This document shows, one piece after another, positions 27,480 through 37,658 of a DNA stretch of 51,861 nucleotides. The notes beneath the pieces are model-generated. The model did no database searches. It saw only the letters and a program-made list of their open reading frames with translations, and was not told where the DNA came from. This stretch comes from a virus (taxonomy: Duplodnaviria; Caudoviricetes). Position 1 is the first letter of the stretch. Each line of letters begins with the position of its first letter. Location: positions 1 to 51,861 of IMG/VR virus record IMGVR_UViG_3300023293_000016; one strand, 5' to 3'. Position numbers and translations under genes: made by a program.

Positions 27480-27709
27480 TATCCCGCTCCACCAATGATG
27501 CCTTCAGGCATTGTAACTTGTATATTTGTACTTCTTTTTTCCGAACCTGTCCAACTCTGGTTGCAATCCGGGCAGATGCCGTCAGGGTAAGACGCAATTT
27601 CTTCCGCAGAGTCTACAACATTTTCACAGTTGGCGCAATGAACCGTGTCTGTGCTGGCCGATGGACGCCACTTAGAACCGTCCGACATTGTAATAATTGT
27701 ATCAGTCAT
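27479..27709 (-). CDS. Small zinc-ribbon protein
   Basis: CANC...CPDC. Confidence 0.7.
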   Translation of the reverse strand: MTDTIITMSDGSKWRPSASTDTVHCANCENVVDSAEEIASYPDGICPDCNQSWTGSEKRSTNIQVTMPEGIIGGAG

Positions 27710-28002
27710 GAGATTGTCACCGTTACTGTCCCGACAGAGCCTGTCGCTTGTGATCCCCTAACATAGGGGGAATAAATTAAAGGAACCCGAAGTTGGCCCC
27801 CGTGTTCAAATACCGCACCGGGCTCCAGCCCGCTGTCGTCCGATTGAAGAGCCGTGAAAACGGTAAACGTGTTCCGACCCTCTCCCGCGTTTTGCATGTT
27901 TTGCATGTAAACAGAATAAGACCGCAAAACCTCCGCAAAGTAGGACTGGTCATAGTCCTGCGGCGGAATAGGAAAATAAGGTAGGTTTAAATTCCTAGAC
28001 AC
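27706..28002 (-). CDS. Hypothetical tail-region protein
   Basis: ORF track; coupled to both neighbours. Confidence 0.7.
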   Translation of the reverse strand: MSRNLNLPYFPIPPQDYDQSYFAEVLRSYSVYMQNMQNAGEGRNTFTVFTALQSDDSGLEPGAVFEHGGQLRVPLIYSPYVRGSQATGSVGTVTVTIS

Positions 28003-30116
28003 TAGCGCCTCCCGTCGGGTCTAACTTCCACCCGAGGAGAGCCGAGCCGCCAGCCCACTCCCGTATCGTCCGTATCTATCCTAAACGCAAACGAACGTCC
28101 CCGAAGCCTTACAAACACTTGATCTGTAAATTGCTCGACAGGAACAGAAGCCGTTTTAGCTACCGTATTGCTGTTGGAATTAGAATAATTTGAGCCCGGG
28201 AAGTTACGAACCTTCAGCGTCATAGTTGCCGTGGGCGTCGGGTTAGAAGAATTTCGGAAAGTTAAGTCAGGAATAAGCCGCCGCATAAAGACAAACTGTT
28301 CGCCCTCACCCAAACTCATCTGACTGCTTTCAATATAAGAAGAAATAGCACTGGCCGGAGACGTGCTGCCGTCGTCAAAGCCAATCTCTTGGAAGTACAG
28401 ATAATGGTCCGATCCCGCCGCAATAGGGTCCGAATTAACCCCGCGGTCAAGCCAAACCGTCCGTGAAAGAGTGCCATAATACCAGATTTGCTGCTGGTAA
28501 TTGTAGGTAACGTAGCTGTCGTTTTCAGTGCTAGACGCCGAGGGGTAATACCACGTAACCTCAGAAAAAGCCGTGTTGGTAGAAGCCGTAACTTTCTGCA
28601 ACTGGTCGCTGTTTATGTTGCTGAACACATAATCACGGACCGAGCAAGGAAGGAGCTGTACCGAACCGCCATAAACATAAAACTCTTCCGCGCCCATCCA
28701 GAACACTTGGTCCTCAACAGCAATCGCGGCCAACGGACCCGCAATAGTCACGTTTGTAGATATTTCGTTAATGCCAAACGTAAACGGGGGGCCTAAATAC
28801 TGCATCGCGTGAAGCGAAACGTCCGTAAATACCAGCACTTGTTGCCGAGTTTCAATGGCCGTGACAATCTCAGAGCCCGACCCAATCCGTAAATCTCCCG
28901 CCGTATTAGTGGCCAAAGACTGCCACTGAGTGACGTTTTCTTGGTCCGAAAACCTAATCAAAAGAGGGTCTTGAACACCCGGTTCCACCTCGGAATCACA
29001 ACCAAAGGCAACAACATGGCGGTCCCGATCCGAAACAAGGACTTGTTTCGCCACAATAGGCACCCGGTTAGCCCCGGGCAACGACGCAAGCTCCACGGCC
29101 CGCGTGTTTAAACCGTTACTCTTGTCCCAATAAAAGATGCCCCCGTTGCGCACGTTAATAATAAGGTCTTCACCAAAGTTGTCGTGCGACCATATCCGAA
29201 GAGTTTGGCCCGAAGCGGACAAAGAAGTGCTAGACCCCCACGCGCCGCGGGACCAGACCCCCGCTCCCCAGCCGTTTCCAACGATCGTCGTGTCGAGCCC
29301 CGTGTTAATCTGATATGCGCCGATACAGCCCGTGCCTCCGGTGCCGCTGTCGGCGCTTGTGGCGAAAACATAAGTAGCATCTAGCCCTGAGGTCGTCGTA
29401 ATGCTGTTAATCGTGCTGACGGTGCGAGCTTCTATTTGATAGCTGTTGTCGTTTATAACCTGTGTAACTTCGTACTCTTGGTTAAGAACAGTGGCCGTTA
29501 TTACGCCACCTAGTGTAGTCGCGGAAGAATATGTTACAAAATCATTGACCAAAGCGCCGTGGTTGGTGTCAGACACTATCAAAGTAGCACAGTTTACGGC
29601 GGCACCCGAAGTGTGCGTAGCCGCCGTGGTGCCGTTTACGCCTCGAACACATCCCGTTAGATTATTCCCGACCAAAGCCGCATAAGTGAGTATTTCACTA
29701 TCTATTTGAACCCGGCCCGACTCGGGGAAACCTGAACCAGACGACAACGTTATAGTTGTATCAAGCAATGATACATCTGCGCCTAGCGTGTTTGCGTTTG
29801 CCAGAAAAGTTACGTCTCCAGCCGCCGTTGTAGTTCGGATAGGCGTGATGTCGTTATACCCGCCACCTTCGTTGATGTAATACTTCAGGTGCGTCCCAAC
29901 GCCCAAGTAATTAGACCCGTCCAAGGCCAACCAAGGGTGTAACGCCCGACATGTCCCCAAAAAAGCATTAGAAGACTGCTTGATCCAACCGCCAATTTTT
30001 TCTGGAAAACCAAACCGGAACCGCACTTTGTCCATATCAAACCACCCACCCTCATTTGAATATGACGTGGTTTCACGGTTGATACCGGGGCGGAATTGAA
30101 GTTTGGTCAGCGGCAT
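28002..30116 (-). CDS. Tail stabilisation/nozzle protein (P22 gp10-like)
   Basis: Beta-rich; DPLLIRFSDQEN...NTAGDLRI...VFWMG...FSEVTWYYPS; GGAG Shine-Dalgarno before 30116. Confidence 0.7.
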   Translation of the reverse strand: MPLTKLQFRPGINRETTSYSNEGGWFDMDKVRFRFGFPEKIGGWIKQSSNAFLGTCRALHPWLALDGSNYLGVGTHLKYYINEGGGYNDITPIRTTTAAGDVTFLANANTLGADVSLLDTTITLSSGSGFPESGRVQIDSEILTYAALVGNNLTGCVRGVNGTTAATHTSGAAVNCATLIVSDTNHGALVNDFVTYSSATTLGGVITATVLNQEYEVTQVINDNSYQIEARTVSTINSITTTSGLDATYVFATSADSGTGGTGCIGAYQINTGLDTTIVGNGWGAGVWSRGAWGSSTSLSASGQTLRIWSHDNFGEDLIINVRNGGIFYWDKSNGLNTRAVELASLPGANRVPIVAKQVLVSDRDRHVVAFGCDSEVEPGVQDPLLIRFSDQENVTQWQSLATNTAGDLRIGSGSEIVTAIETRQQVLVFTDVSLHAMQYLGPPFTFGINEISTNVTIAGPLAAIAVEDQVFWMGAEEFYVYGGSVQLLPCSVRDYVFSNINSDQLQKVTASTNTAFSEVTWYYPSASSTENDSYVTYNYQQQIWYYGTLSRTVWLDRGVNSDPIAAGSDHYLYFQEIGFDDGSTSPASAISSYIESSQMSLGEGEQFVFMRRLIPDLTFRNSSNPTPTATMTLKVRNFPGSNYSNSNSNTVAKTASVPVEQFTDQVFVRLRGRSFAFRIDTDDTGVGWRLGSPRVEVRPDGRR

Positions 30117-30173
30117 CAGCAATCTCCAGTTAGGGGGATTATACACAAAAGGTAAGTTTACACCAGTGTTAGG

Positions 30174-30629
30174 TCACACCATTAGCTCGAAGTGAGGACC
30201 GTCTATAAATGGGCGTTTTCCTTGGCTGCGGCGCTCATCAACGTAGCTATTCATAGCATCTTCCATAGTGCCCCCGTGGAACTGAGCGATATTTGAAATT
30301 GTCCATGCCGCGCCCCAGCGTATAGGAACATCTACTTCCCTAGCCGCTTCGGCCATAGCGTCAGCTATATCGTCGTACAAATTTAATTCCCAAGATGCCC
30401 TTGATCCGATATAGGCCATTAAATCAACGGCATGTCCGTCAAGGTGCTTACTTTTCATGGTTTGAGACGCGCCTTTCTCGACCAAGGCTCGTTGCTCTTC
30501 CAGAGTTCGCATCCCGCAGATAACACCGAAATCAATCTTGCTGCGGTGGATGGCAGAGTTGACAACCGCAATCAGGCGCTCGTCTAAGCCTTCCAACCTA
30601 TCAAGGCTGCGCTGTGATAACTTATACAT
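30174..30629 (-). CDS. Endolysin, M15 (L-Ala-D-Glu type) peptidase
   Basis: GMRT..EQ..L...G.SQTMKSKHLDGHAVD...WG..W...DGPHFEL. Confidence 0.92.
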   Translation of the reverse strand: MYKLSQRSLDRLEGLDERLIAVVNSAIHRSKIDFGVICGMRTLEEQRALVEKGASQTMKSKHLDGHAVDLMAYIGSRASWELNLYDDIADAMAEAAREVDVPIRWGAAWTISNIAQFHGGTMEDAMNSYVDERRSQGKRPFIDGPHFELMV

Positions 30630-30634
30630 TAGAC

Positions 30635-31090
30635 TTATCCTTTTTTAAGATATTTTGAAACGGCACGGTTTCCGAACCAGAAAGACATGATGGCAGCAAA
30701 CAGACCAGAGGTTTCTGCGGTCCACATTAGCGTAACCGCAGCGGCCCAGTTGCCACCCTCGTCCATAACTTTAACCATAATTACGATTTGTACGGCAACG
30801 AATAGGCCAAAAAAAGCATAAGTGATGACAGGGCGGACAGACCCCCTAAGTGCGTTAACAAAGCCTCCAGCGTCGATACTATCATGTTTGTAAAGCCCCT
30901 CTGTCTCTTTGATGTCTGCCTGCTTGTCTAGCATGTTCAACTGAAGCTCAGAGCGTTTGCTCATAAGTTCCATTTCGAGCTTCATGCTTTCCATCTTCTG
31001 TTTGTGTTCTTGCCCCGCCTTAAAGAAGTTCAAAACTTCTGGAAGAAACGAACTGCCGAAACCTAAAAGGCTACCCAATAATGTCATCAT
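30635..31090 (-). CDS. Holin-like membrane protein (3TM type)
   Basis: SVRPVITY, hydrophobic helices, FWFGNR C-terminus; adjacent to the endolysin. Confidence 0.7.
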   Translation of the reverse strand: MMTLLGSLLGFGSSFLPEVLNFFKAGQEHKQKMESMKLEMELMSKRSELQLNMLDKQADIKETEGLYKHDSIDAGGFVNALRGSVRPVITYAFFGLFVAVQIVIMVKVMDEGGNWAAAVTLMWTAETSGLFAAIMSFWFGNRAVSKYLKKG

Positions 31091-31284
31091 TACTTAGACT
31101 CCTTACTCATCCAAATACCAAACGAGCCTGTAAAAGCCCCTGTAACGACTGAAATTAGACCCGCTTGTGATACTGACAGGTCCGGTTGCGATAGCGCCCA
31201 TTCTAGGCAGCGAATGTACATTACAGTTGTTACCAGCATCATCAAACGTGGTAGAACTTTCCATTCATCTAGTTTAGTCGCCAT
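31090..31284 (-). CDS. Small two-TM membrane protein in the lysis region
   Basis: LDEWKVLPRLMM plus two hydrophobic helices; start moved to 31284. Confidence 0.7.
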   Translation of the reverse strand: MATKLDEWKVLPRLMMLVTTVMYIRCLEWALSQPDLSVSQAGLISVVTGAFTGSFGIWMSKESK

Positions 31285-31399
31285 CTTCCAAACTCCTTGC
31301 GTAAGCAATAGCGTAGTTCTTGTTGTGCGTTATTATAACAACTTTTCCATGTTTGTCATATACAACGTAATTACCTCTTTTGTTGCGATATAGCTTCAA
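31274..31399 (-). CDS. Small hypothetical protein (YVVYDKHGKVVIIT)
   Basis: Read by hand; TTG start; fills a gap. Confidence 0.45.
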   Translation of the reverse strand: MKLYRNKRGNYVVYDKHGKVVIITHNKNYAIAYARSLEDGD

Positions 31400-31544
31400 A
31401 GCAATACACCGCTGTAGTGCTGCCAGTTATTAAAACCACAGCGTCTTCTTTTGCCTCTTCGCATAGCATTTCAGTAGGAAACTGCCCCAGTTGGTAGTGG
31501 GTTAAATCGTTGTTCATGAACTGAAACCAGACAAGAAACCACAT
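31371..31544 (-). CDS. Small hypothetical protein (MWFLVWFQF...)
   Basis: TGATG coupling to the upstream gene. Confidence 0.6.
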   Translation of the reverse strand: MWFLVWFQFMNNDLTHYQLGQFPTEMLCEEAKEDAVVLITGSTTAVYCFEAISQQKR

Positions 31545-32017
31545 CACCATTTCCCCTGTTGTTTGCCCATGAAGTACAGAACAAGGGCCAAACCAGCTAC
31601 ACCAGACAGGACAATCAAAGTCCCAAGCGTCCACTCAATAACGGCGCGTTGTAGCTCGGCTTTGCGGTAGACTTCTTCTTTGCGCTGCTTGCGCATTTGC
31701 GCCTCAATGTGCAAGACCTCTTTCCATGCGGATGGGCCGTAATGCCAACTGATAAAATTTTTAATTTCAGACCGCATTTCTTGCATCTTTTTCTTTTGGG
31801 CAAAGATTTCAATAGCGGTAGAAGTGTCCGACCCCTTGAAAGAATACCACGGAGGATTCTTGACTTGCTCTTCGGCAAACCCAAAATCAGAAAAAGCCTT
31901 GCCCCAAGTGGACAATTGGCCCGTCATGTCTTGGAGTTCGCGGCCAACGGCAATACCTTTTTTTATCGCGTTATATGCGCCTGTGGCTAAACTGACAGCC
32001 GTAATGGGGTCTATCAT
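31544..32017 (-). CDS. Hypothetical membrane-anchored protein (MIDPITA...)
   Basis: AAGGAG Shine-Dalgarno; C-terminal TM segment. Confidence 0.75.
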   Translation of the reverse strand: MIDPITAVSLATGAYNAIKKGIAVGRELQDMTGQLSTWGKAFSDFGFAEEQVKNPPWYSFKGSDTSTAIEIFAQKKKMQEMRSEIKNFISWHYGPSAWKEVLHIEAQMRKQRKEEVYRKAELQRAVIEWTLGTLIVLSGVAGLALVLYFMGKQQGKW

Positions 32018-32193
32018 GTTAGTACAAACTCCTTCGGGCAGGCGTAGCCGGGGCTTACCCTGTATACGCGGTTGTACCAACTGCCGTTCTTGGGGACGTT
32101 ACTACAGTCGTAATAACAATACTTAAATAGCACACTCCCCGCGCCGTTTATGAACGCTTGGTTGAACCCAACGAACACCAGCACACACAGCAT
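32014..32193 (-). CDS. Small Cys-containing hypothetical protein (59 aa)
   Basis: Read by hand: MLCVLVFVG...CYYDC...YACP; GGAG Shine-Dalgarno; ATGA overlap. Confidence 0.6.
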   Translation of the reverse strand: MLCVLVFVGFNQAFINGAGSVLFKYCYYDCSNVPKNGSWYNRVYRVSPGYACPKEFVLT

Positions 32194-32194
32194 T

Positions 32195-32428
32195 TTACTT
32201 CTCCATTAGTCGGTCGATCTTTTCCTCAAGCCTGTCGAATTTACCCATGATCTGCAAAAGAACCTGATTGCTATCACTCTTGGTGACATACTCCTTCGCC
32301 ATCTCTTCGCGCGTTCTGTTCAACAGAATGGTGACGCGCTTTATCTCATCGTGCTGGGACTTAATCCACCACCCTAAACCGCTGATTACTGCGGCAAATA
32401 CCATGTTCAAAAGCGCGTCCATTTCCAT
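32195..32428 (-). CDS. Small TM/coiled-coil phage protein
   Basis: N-terminal TM segment; TREEMAKEYVTK...FDRLEEKIDRL. Confidence 0.75.
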   Translation of the reverse strand: MEMDALLNMVFAAVISGLGWWIKSQHDEIKRVTILLNRTREEMAKEYVTKSDSNQVLLQIMGKFDRLEEKIDRLMEK

Positions 32429-32664
32429 TAGTTTACAACTTCCGCTTCTTCAGCTTCTTCTGGTGCTTCCAGAGAGTCAGCCAGAATCTTGACGAAGGCT
32501 TCACGCCCCACGTTGAGTTGGTCTAGGTTAAAACGGGCGTTGTCCATTTTACGACCAAGATCGTTTACGTGGTTAAGCAGAACCTTCTGCTCGTCTGTCA
32601 TGTCTTCAACAAGGTATTCGATGTCGTTGACTGTGATTGGTGTTTTGTCATTTTTAGCCATCAC
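32428..32664 (-). CDS. Small coiled-coil tail-region protein
   Basis: ORF track; AAGGAG Shine-Dalgarno. Confidence 0.75.
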   Translation of the reverse strand: MMAKNDKTPITVNDIEYLVEDMTDEQKVLLNHVNDLGRKMDNARFNLDQLNVGREAFVKILADSLEAPEEAEEAEVVN

Positions 32665-32685
32665 TAAGTCTCCTTTAAGTTTAAG

Positions 32686-32994
32686 TTAAGCAGCCCAAGG
32701 ATTTCCAGAGGCTTCAGTTGGGTTTTGTAGTTTGTCTATCTTTGCAGCAATAGCCGCTTCTGTATCATCTTGTGATACATTCTCCCAGACCCAAACCTGC
32801 GCCATAGCTTCTGTTACATCAGCGTATGGTGTGAAGTCAGGTTGAGATGAGTCAGGGGTTAACCCTACAGTGCCATAAGATGACGCTGAGTAGTCACCGT
32901 CTACGCCAGTGCAGCGCCAGTGAATTACGTTAATGCCACCTGTTGCGATGTCGTGTTCGCAGTTAGCGATAGTCCATGTGTTTATAAGTGCCAT
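32686..32994 (-). CDS. Tail-fibre-associated protein
   Basis: WTI...IHW...FTPYADVTE...W...PW pattern; follows the tail fibre. Confidence 0.7.
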   Translation of the reverse strand: MALINTWTIANCEHDIATGGINVIHWRCTGVDGDYSASSYGTVGLTPDSSQPDFTPYADVTEAMAQVWVWENVSQDDTEAAIAAKIDKLQNPTEASGNPWAA

Positions 32995-35900
32995 TTAAAC
33001 GGCCTCCAATGCTGTTAGTCGGGCTTCCATAAGGCCGATTGTGGTTAACGCCTCTTGCAAGGCTGCTGTGAGTAGTGGCACTAGTTTGGATTTATCAATC
33101 CCCTGCATGTCTGGGACGGATCGTGTTCCCATGACGGCTTCGTCTGTCTCGGTTGCAGGTGTGACCTCGTATTCCTCATCACGCATGGCGTCTTTGGTGC
33201 CAGTTGCACACTCTGGAACGACTGCCTGTGCTTCGTGCGCAATGAAGCCATCGACACGGCTGTCGTCTACAATCCAAGCGAAGTTAACTGGCTTCAATGC
33301 CATGACACGTTCTGTTGCGCCTGACATTGGAATAACGTCTTTTTTGAGGCGGTAATCTGAGCTTTCGTTGTAGGCTGTGGCAGAACCTGTGACTGAGATG
33401 GAGCCCACGATGTTTCCAGCATAGTAGAACTGCGCAACAGGACCAGTCGATGTATGTCGTCCTACGTTTAAGGCAGCGGCCTCGCCTACAACCGAAGAGT
33501 ACCGTCCGTCTGAACGGATAGATATACCACTACCGCTAGTATTGTTAGATGGGAATGTGTCTGAGGGGTCACCCACAAGCAAATTGCCGCCAGTGTCGAG
33601 GGTAGCAGCAACAGCACCATTTATGCCAAACTGGATGGGGGCATCGGCGGTTGTGCCGATCAGCATGTCGTTGGGGGTGGTCCCTGTGTAGGTTCCGCCG
33701 ACACCATCCTCCCCAGCAGCATTAACGAAAGAGATAACAGCGTTGTCATCTGTGCCATCTACGCCAAAGGTAATACCAGCGCCGCCCGGCTCGCCAACAG
33801 TATTATCTCGGTCACCATTGAGATCAAGAACAGCATACCCATTAGAGTGAACAGATAGCTTACGTGTGTCTGTTGAGGTTGTGCCTGTATCCGATAGGAT
33901 AACATCACCGACAACATCGAGCTTCTCTGTGGGGCTATTCGTGCCAATCCCGACATTACCTGCGCTGTCGATGCGCATGGCTTCATTGACGAGCTTTGTA
34001 TCGGTACTTGCGTCACCATACCTAAACTGCAAATCGTTATTATCGAGAAAGAACTGCCAATCCGTAGCCGATGAAGAAAAATCTTCAAGCACGATATTAG
34101 GACGGAACTGTGAGATTAACGCATTAAAATCATCACTAGCACCTCCTGACGGTTGCAGATGTAAAAGCGCACGAGGGCTGGTCGTCCCAATCCCCAACGA
34201 CTCAGCACTCGCATCCCAGAATAACCTTGGCGTGCTGCCTGTGTCCTCGTAGAAGCTGATGTCGCCGTTGTTCTGGATGCGCATGCGTTCTGTGCCGCCC
34301 GTGGAAGCTGCCACCGTATCAGCCGCCGGAAACCACACGCCTGTGTTTAGATCGCCTGTGTTTGTAATACTGGGAGTTGATGCCGACCCATCTGCAAACG
34401 TACCTACGCCAGCCGTAGCAAACCCACCGTTAAACACAGCCGCAGCCGTGGTGGTCAGGACGCCTGTTACTAGGGCAGTCGTTGCCATGTTCACAGCACC
34501 ATCAATGTCCACAACGTCTAGGTTGGTTGTACCGTCTACGTCTAGGTCACCATTGAAGTCTACATTACCTGCAACAGCAAGTGTTGTAGCCATATCAACA
34601 GCGCCATCAATGTCTACAGCATCAAGGTTAGTAGTACCATCAACGTCTAGGTCAGTGCCAACAAACAGTTTCTTAGCTATACCAACACCGCCGTCAACAA
34701 TTAAAGCACCTGAAGTTGAGCTAGTTGAGTCAGTAGTCAGATTTAGGTTAACAGCACCGCTTGTATCAAGAGTTGTTACAGACGCAGTAGCAGCAGCGCC
34801 AGACCCAAGAATACCGTCTAGTGTACCAGTAAATCCAGTAGCTGTTATTTGGTCAGTTGCAGTAACACCATCAACAAACAAGTTAGCCCAACGAACACTG
34901 GTTGTACCAAGATCATCAGTGCTGTCTGTGTCTGAAACAATGTTTGAGCCACTTGTAATACCACCCGTTGCTACCTGCGCAGCCGTGGTGGTCAGGACGC
35001 CTGTCACTAGGGCAGTCGTTGCCATGTTCACAGCACCATCAATGTCCACAATGTCTAGGTTGGTTGTACCGTCTACATCTATGTCACCAGAGATGTCTAA
35101 TGAAGCAAAGACAGAGGTGCCTGTTGCTGTAACGGTGCCAGTGATGTCTACGCCTGTGGCGTTTACGTTTAACCGCTGTGTGCCAGCGACTGTCAAACCA
35201 ACTTCGTCTGCCGCAGGGAAATACAAGCCTGTGTTAAGGTCGCCTGTTGTGGTTAAAGACGGTAGTAAATTAGTCCCGTTATCCATTGAGATAACATCAT
35301 CTACACTAACAACTATATCAGTCCCACCAGTCGTGTTGCCCTGTGCTAGAACCTCGGCAAGAGTGTCGAAAGAGCCGACCTGCGCGTCAACATACGCCTT
35401 AATAGACTGTTGTGTGGACAAGGCTGTCGCGCTGTCGGAAGCCATGTTGTCTTCGTCGAGGATATTGGTAACAGACACCGCGCCTGTTCCAGAAAGATTG
35501 TCAAACTCAACCGTACCTGCGTCAACCGTACCTGTTACGGTCACGTCTCCACCGACTGTTACATTTCCAACTACATTTAACGCATCAAAATGAGCATTGT
35601 TAAACACGTTAGCCGCTACCGCTCCGGCTCCCGCGCCGTCGAAGTAAACAACCGCAGTAGTGCCAGCGGGTACTTCGTAGTCATTGGAAGCGTTATAAGT
35701 GCCTTGAAAAAGGATTATGCTGCGAGAGCCAGACAAGCTGTTGCGCACATAAATGATCTTCTCAGAGTCATTTGGCGTCAACTGAACGTATGCTGTAGCG
35801 CCTAAATCAGTGCCGTCTGTAAATGTAATCATGCGATTACGGCCATTTGAGGCTGAACCGTCACTAACCGGAAGGTTGTTCGGTGAGCCGGAGTTTCCCG

Positions 35901-36045
35901 CGCCAGCAAGTGCAATAGACACCTGACCGTCGAGCGCGGTATCTACCAGTTCAAAGTTTGTGTTAGTGGTCTCGCCCCATGTACCGGACTGTTCGCCAGT
36001 GCCGATGAGTTCGATCCCGTTATTCAGGGTGTATGTACTAGGCAT
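32995..36045 (-). CDS. Tail fibre with C-terminal S74 intramolecular chaperone
   Basis: GEQSGTWG anchor, LDVDGTTNLD repeats, GNVGIGT repeats, SSDYRLK...GFIAHE...KLVPLL. Confidence 0.9.
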   Translation of the reverse strand: MPSTYTLNNGIELIGTGEQSGTWGETTNTNFELVDTALDGQVSIALAGAGNSGSPNNLPVSDGSASNGRNRMITFTDGTDLGATAYVQLTPNDSEKIIYVRNSLSGSRSIILFQGTYNASNDYEVPAGTTAVVYFDGAGAGAVAANVFNNAHFDALNVVGNVTVGGDVTVTGTVDAGTVEFDNLSGTGAVSVTNILDEDNMASDSATALSTQQSIKAYVDAQVGSFDTLAEVLAQGNTTGGTDIVVSVDDVISMDNGTNLLPSLTTTGDLNTGLYFPAADEVGLTVAGTQRLNVNATGVDITGTVTATGTSVFASLDISGDIDVDGTTNLDIVDIDGAVNMATTALVTGVLTTTAAQVATGGITSGSNIVSDTDSTDDLGTTSVRWANLFVDGVTATDQITATGFTGTLDGILGSGAAATASVTTLDTSGAVNLNLTTDSTSSTSGALIVDGGVGIAKKLFVGTDLDVDGTTNLDAVDIDGAVDMATTLAVAGNVDFNGDLDVDGTTNLDVVDIDGAVNMATTALVTGVLTTTAAAVFNGGFATAGVGTFADGSASTPSITNTGDLNTGVWFPAADTVAASTGGTERMRIQNNGDISFYEDTGSTPRLFWDASAESLGIGTTSPRALLHLQPSGGASDDFNALISQFRPNIVLEDFSSSATDWQFFLDNNDLQFRYGDASTDTKLVNEAMRIDSAGNVGIGTNSPTEKLDVVGDVILSDTGTTSTDTRKLSVHSNGYAVLDLNGDRDNTVGEPGGAGITFGVDGTDDNAVISFVNAAGEDGVGGTYTGTTPNDMLIGTTADAPIQFGINGAVAATLDTGGNLLVGDPSDTFPSNNTSGSGISIRSDGRYSSVVGEAAALNVGRHTSTGPVAQFYYAGNIVGSISVTGSATAYNESSDYRLKKDVIPMSGATERVMALKPVNFAWIVDDSRVDGFIAHEAQAVVPECATGTKDAMRDEEYEVTPATETDEAVMGTRSVPDMQGIDKSKLVPLLTAALQEALTTIGLMEARLTALEAV
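34442..35076. repeat. ~98-bp near-identical direct repeat inside the tail fibre (34442-34539 and 34979-35076)
   Basis: Two mismatches by eye; encodes VDGTTNLDxVDIDGAVNMATTALVTGVLTTTAA. Confidence 0.85.
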
Positions 36046-36054
36046 GTTTCGATC

Positions 36055-37224
36055 CTATGCTGCTATGTCATCCCAGCTTGGGTTTTGAGACGGTGTTTCG
36101 TCATTCCAAGCAGGGGTGGAAGATGGTGTTATGGGAGTATAGCCCGGATTTTGATCTGGATCAACTTTGTTCCAGACAGGGCTTTGAGAAGGCGTTAACG
36201 GAGAGTATCCGGGGTCTTGATCGGGGATTATTCCGCCCCAAACAAGAACAGGGCCAACTTGGCCCGTAGCAGTGACGCCTGTTACAAGAACGTCCGCATT
36301 TGCGTTGGCATCGACTTGGCCGACTTGGCCTGTGCCTTCAACGCCTGTTACAAGAACGTCAACGGTGACAAAAATGCCGACTTCTACTTCACCGACAGAG
36401 CCGGCGGCTTCTAGTCCAGTAGGATTAACATCGGCATTAGCGGTAACGGCAACAGAGCCAACTGATCCGGCGGCTTCAAGGCCCGTAACAGGCGCTAGGG
36501 CATCAGCTTCAACAACTACTGTGCCAACCTGACCCGTACCGGCAATTCCAGAGGCGGGAACAACTGCGGTGCCCGTTACGGTTACAGTGCCAAGACCACC
36601 CGTACCAGAAACACCTGTGACCGTAACATCCGCGTTGGCCTGCACAACCACGCTACCTACTGCGGATGAACCGGACAATCCCGTTACAGAAACATTAGCG
36701 TCTGCAACAATTACAACAGAGCCAACTTCCCCATTAGCTGCAACGCCATCAGGTAAGACATTGGCACCCGCAATCACTGCGACAGAACCTACTGCGCCAA
36801 GGGCCTCAACCCCGGTGGGGTTAACATTAGCGTCTGCGACAACAGTTACGCCACCAACAGAGCCTGTGGCCGCAAGGCCAGTAACTGATGTATTTGAGTC
36901 CGCCGTAACGACTACAGAGCCTACATTGCCAGTGCCAGCCACCCCAGTAGGGGTAACAACAGCCTCCGCGGTGATTGTGACCGAACCCGGAGAGCCTACA
37001 GCCTCCGATCCTGTAACATTCACGTTTGCCTCTGCGACAACAGTTACGCCACCAACAGAGCCTGTGGCTTGCAGCCCAGTCACAGGAACATTGGCCTCTG
37101 CAACGATTGTTACAGGGCCAATCTGTCCGGCTGCACCCGCGTTCGTAATAGAGTCTTCGCCAAAGGCGAGTTGACCCCACGTCCCCCGGCCCCAGCCGGA
37201 AAAGGGGACGATAACGTCAGTCAT
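36055..37224 (-). CDS. Val/Gly/Thr-rich repeat tail protein
   Basis: ~23-aa repeats (VTGxxAxGxVGxVxVxAxANV); GWGRGTWG N-terminus; PxQxPxW C-terminal repeats. Confidence 0.75.
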   Translation of the reverse strand: MTDVIVPFSGWGRGTWGQLAFGEDSITNAGAAGQIGPVTIVAEANVPVTGLQATGSVGGVTVVAEANVNVTGSEAVGSPGSVTITAEAVVTPTGVAGTGNVGSVVVTADSNTSVTGLAATGSVGGVTVVADANVNPTGVEALGAVGSVAVIAGANVLPDGVAANGEVGSVVIVADANVSVTGLSGSSAVGSVVVQANADVTVTGVSGTGGLGTVTVTGTAVVPASGIAGTGQVGTVVVEADALAPVTGLEAAGSVGSVAVTANADVNPTGLEAAGSVGEVEVGIFVTVDVLVTGVEGTGQVGQVDANANADVLVTGVTATGQVGPVLVWGGIIPDQDPGYSPLTPSQSPVWNKVDPDQNPGYTPITPSSTPAWNDETPSQNPSWDDIAA

Positions 37225-37658
37225 TAGGCTATTCGAAGGATCGCGTTAGAAGCATCCGCTGTTGGGAATACGACAGTAAAGTCACCACTCGTAGATGTCT
37301 TGTCTGAACCAAAGTCCAAAATAACCACCGCTGGATCACCCGCCGCTGATTCATTGTAGATCAGCGCACCACGGGCCGTAATCGTTGAAGACGCCCATGT
37401 TGTGTCTGCAAAATCAGTGAAAGCCGTAGTTCCAGAGCTTGTTGGATCAATCCGCGTTAGCGTATTGCCGCCAGCTACATAACCTGTCCCTGTTATTTCG
37501 TTAGAGGTGGTATAGGCAGCAGTTGCCGCCGTAAAGGACGCGTTGTTGTCATACAAAGCAATCTTAAAGGTGTCTCCACCGCTTAATAGAAAGTTATGCA
37601 CGGCCTCAAGAATCTCTTTCTTAAAGCTCGTACACATGAAGTTACCTGTAAAGGCCAT
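37224..37658 (-). CDS. Virion structural protein (MAFTGNFMCTSFK...)
   Basis: FKIALY...GY.AGG.TL...DFADTTW...RGALIYN...LDFGSDK; AAGGAG Shine-Dalgarno. Confidence 0.8.
   Translation of the reverse strand: MAFTGNFMCTSFKKEILEAVHNFLLSGGDTFKIALYDNNASFTAATAAYTTSNEITGTGYVAGGNTLTRIDPTSSGTTAFTDFADTTWASSTITARGALIYNESAAGDPAVVILDFGSDKTSTSGDFTVVFPTADASNAILRIA

Noticed and set aside
34259-35593. 444-aa plus-strand ORF
   Set aside because: Antisense shadow of the repetitive tail fibre; no recognisable motif.
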